From positions 1,568,001-1,632,000 of the forward strand of contig JASGHG010000001.1 of assembly GCA_047602425.1 (NCBI GenBank): 64,000 nucleotides of DNA. The letters run 5' to 3'. Below, in pieces: positions 62,182 to 64,000 of this stretch (position 1 is its first letter; each line of letters opens with the position of its first letter). The stretch is from Nibricoccus sp. GTDB taxonomy: Bacteria > Verrucomicrobiota > Verrucomicrobiia > Opitutales > Opitutaceae. The notes beneath the pieces were generated by a model, which saw only the letters and a program-made list of their open reading frames with translations, did no database searches and was not told the DNA's origin. Made by a program: the position numbers and the translations under genes.

Positions 62182-63204
62182 TCAGGCGAGGCCGGCTGTC
62201 TCCTCGAAGCCAAGCCAAAGGTTCATGATTTGCACCGCCTGGCCGCTGGCACCTTTCACAAGGTTATCCTCGGCTGAAGTGATCACGAAATTTTTCGTGC
62301 GTGGATCGAATACCGCCGACATGTCGATGCGATTCGTGCCCACCACGTACGCCGTGTCGGGCGTTTCTCCCGCGGGAAGAATCTGCACGAACGGACGATT
62401 TGCGTACGTGGATTTCCACGAAGCGTAGAGCGCGTCGATGGAAGGATTCGCCGCAGGCACGGTGATCGTCGTCGCAATGCCACGCCGCATCGGCGCGAGA
62501 TGCGGATTGAATTGAATCACCGTCGCCGCACCCGTGCGCATAGCGAGTTGCTCCTCCACTTCGGCGAGATGGCGGTGCTTCACGAGACCGTAGGCCTTCG
62601 CGCTTTCGGCACGTTCGCAGAAAAGGTACGCTTCCTCGGCTTTTTTTCCGGCACCACTAACACCGCTGAAGGAATTCACGACGATGTGTTCGCGCAACAC
62701 GATGCCATCGCGTACGAGCGGGATGAGAGGCAGCAAAATACTCGTCGGATAGCAGCCGGGGGCGGCGATGAGCTTAGCTTCGGTTTTCCACGCAGGCGGC
62801 GTGAGCTCAGGCAAAACGAAACGCGCCGACGGCAACAGCTCCGGAGCGTGGTGTTTGCCGTAGTACTTTTCGTACGTATTCAAATCGGCAATACGGAAGT
62901 CAGCGCTGAGATCGATGACTTTTTTGCCGGCGGGCACGAGAACTTTGGCGTAGTCAGCCGCGGCACCGTGCGGAAGCGCGAGGAAGAAAAGGTCGATATC
63001 GCTTGCCGCAAGTGCGACAGCGTCGGAGTCGACAAACTTCAGGTCGCGATCAACGCCCCGAAGTGCCGGGATGACCTGCGAAAGGGATTTCCCTGCTTGC
63101 GACCGAGAGGTCACCGCTTCAAGCGTGACCTTTGGATGAGCAAGAAGGAGTTTGACTAGAGTTTCGCCGGAGTAGCCCGACGCGCCGATAATACCGACTT
63201 TCAT
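62182..63204 (-). CDS. argC: N-acetyl-gamma-glutamyl-phosphate reductase
   Basis: 'GASGYSG', 'LALPHG', 'DLSADFR', 'PGCYPT', 'DNLVKGASGQA'. Confidence 0.97.
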   Translation of the reverse strand: MKVGIIGASGYSGETLVKLLLAHPKVTLEAVTSRSQAGKSLSQVIPALRGVDRDLKFVDSDAVALAASDIDLFFLALPHGAAADYAKVLVPAGKKVIDLSADFRIADLNTYEKYYGKHHAPELLPSARFVLPELTPPAWKTEAKLIAAPGCYPTSILLPLIPLVRDGIVLREHIVVNSFSGVSGAGKKAEEAYLFCERAESAKAYGLVKHRHLAEVEEQLAMRTGAATVIQFNPHLAPMRRGIATTITVPAANPSIDALYASWKSTYANRPFVQILPAGETPDTAYVVGTNRIDMSAVFDPRTKNFVITSAEDNLVKGASGQAVQIMNLWLGFEETAGLA

Positions 63205-63397
63205 GGGAGGATGAGATTGGGAATTGTTTTTCTAAAAGTTAATGAACGCCAATGAGCGTCAATAAATCCAGTCAGGAAATTTATTTCCCAAAGCAGCGTC
63301 GTCTTTTCGCAGGGTGCACACCGCACAAAAGCCTAAAAGTCCAACCGCGACGCTGCACAGATAGGCGATCTCCGCGGAACGTTCTATTTCGTTAATG

Positions 63398-63429
63398 AAA
63401 AAGGCGCGGCTTTTTGGGCCGCGCCTTTG
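63398..63429 (-). terminator. Intrinsic terminator after the secretin gene
   Basis: AAAGGCGCGGC/GCCGCGCCTTT stem with a T-run on the minus strand. Confidence 0.8.
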
Positions 63430-63451
63430 AAACTCATGTGGCTAAAATGGC

Positions 63452-64000
63452 TTACTTATTGAACCAACCCTTTTTCTTCGGCTCCGGAGGCGGAGGTGTG
63501 AAGTAAGGATCCGAACCATCGCGATAGCCAGGCAGATCGTTCTTCTGGATTTCCATCTGGCGAATCATGCGGGGATCAAAGACCTCACCAGTATCGCCGC
63601 CATCAGGTTTGATGGTCTTGGCCGTCAGGAAGATCACAAGGTTCGTCGCCTGGGTATTCTTGCTGTCGCTGCGGAAGAGACGACCGAGGCCAGGGATATT
63701 ACCGAGAACCGGGACCTTGGACTGGCCTTTGGAATCGGCCTTCTGGATCATGCCACCGATACCCAACGTATAACCATCTTTCATGGTGACCTGCGTCTTG
63801 GCCTTGCGAGTGGTGATCACAGGCAATTGGGCCGAACCGAAAATCTTGTCCTTGGTCGGATCGGTCGAGCTGACTTCAGGTTCAACCGAGAGCTTGATAA
63901 AGCCAGCGTTGTTCACCTGAGGAGTCACCTTCAGGATGATACCAACGGGCTTGTAGGTGAAACCACTGATCTGGAAAACACCCTGCTCCTGGTTATAGGT
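63452..64000 (-). CDS. Secretin (GspD/PilQ family), 3' part, truncated by the window end
   Basis: Frame open to 64000: 'YKPVGIILKVTPQV', 'IGGMI', 'KVPVLGNIPGLGRLF', 'LVIFLT'. Confidence 0.9.
   Translation of the reverse strand, partial: TYNQEQGVFQISGFTYKPVGIILKVTPQVNNAGFIKLSVEPEVSSTDPTKDKIFGSAQLPVITTRKAKTQVTMKDGYTLGIGGMIQKADSKGQSKVPVLGNIPGLGRLFRSDSKNTQATNLVIFLTAKTIKPDGGDTGEVFDPRMIRQMEIQKNDLPGYRDGSDPYFTPPPPEPKKKGWFNK

Overview
GC-rich bacterial chromosomal window. Gene content and style suggest Opitutaceae (Verrucomicrobiota); this is an inference, not a database result. It is mostly housekeeping and accessory metabolism. The genes include a TonB-dependent receptor, thiM-thiE-thiD, a Tat-exported MBL hydrolase, padR-pspC, modABC, a GH51 arabinofuranosidase, proA, namZ, prmB, a phosphate-type porin, ligA, cydAB and ilvD. 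These are followed by an ArsR-controlled DUF2892/RND/two-rhodanese/methyltransferase cluster, metW, an SSS transporter, rlmN, a PAS hybrid kinase with sixA, the arg genes (argJ<>argB-argD-argF-argG, argC), ornithine decarboxylase plus homospermidine synthase, and the 3' end of a secretin. No rRNA, tRNA, CRISPR array or classical transposase was seen. The strongest unexplained signal is a GxxExxY nuclease-fold gene inside the arg operon, bracketed by perfect 34-bp inverted repeats built from 10-bp periodic units. Similar gene-less periodic or inverted repeats sit at other gene junctions, which suggests a small nuclease-associated mobile element family. Other notable items are a dispersed 25-bp covarying palindrome, an IlvD with a large SnoaL-like insertion, a LigA with a possible signal peptide, a receiver-HicB-like fusion, and an orphan terminator/antiterminator upstream of proA.
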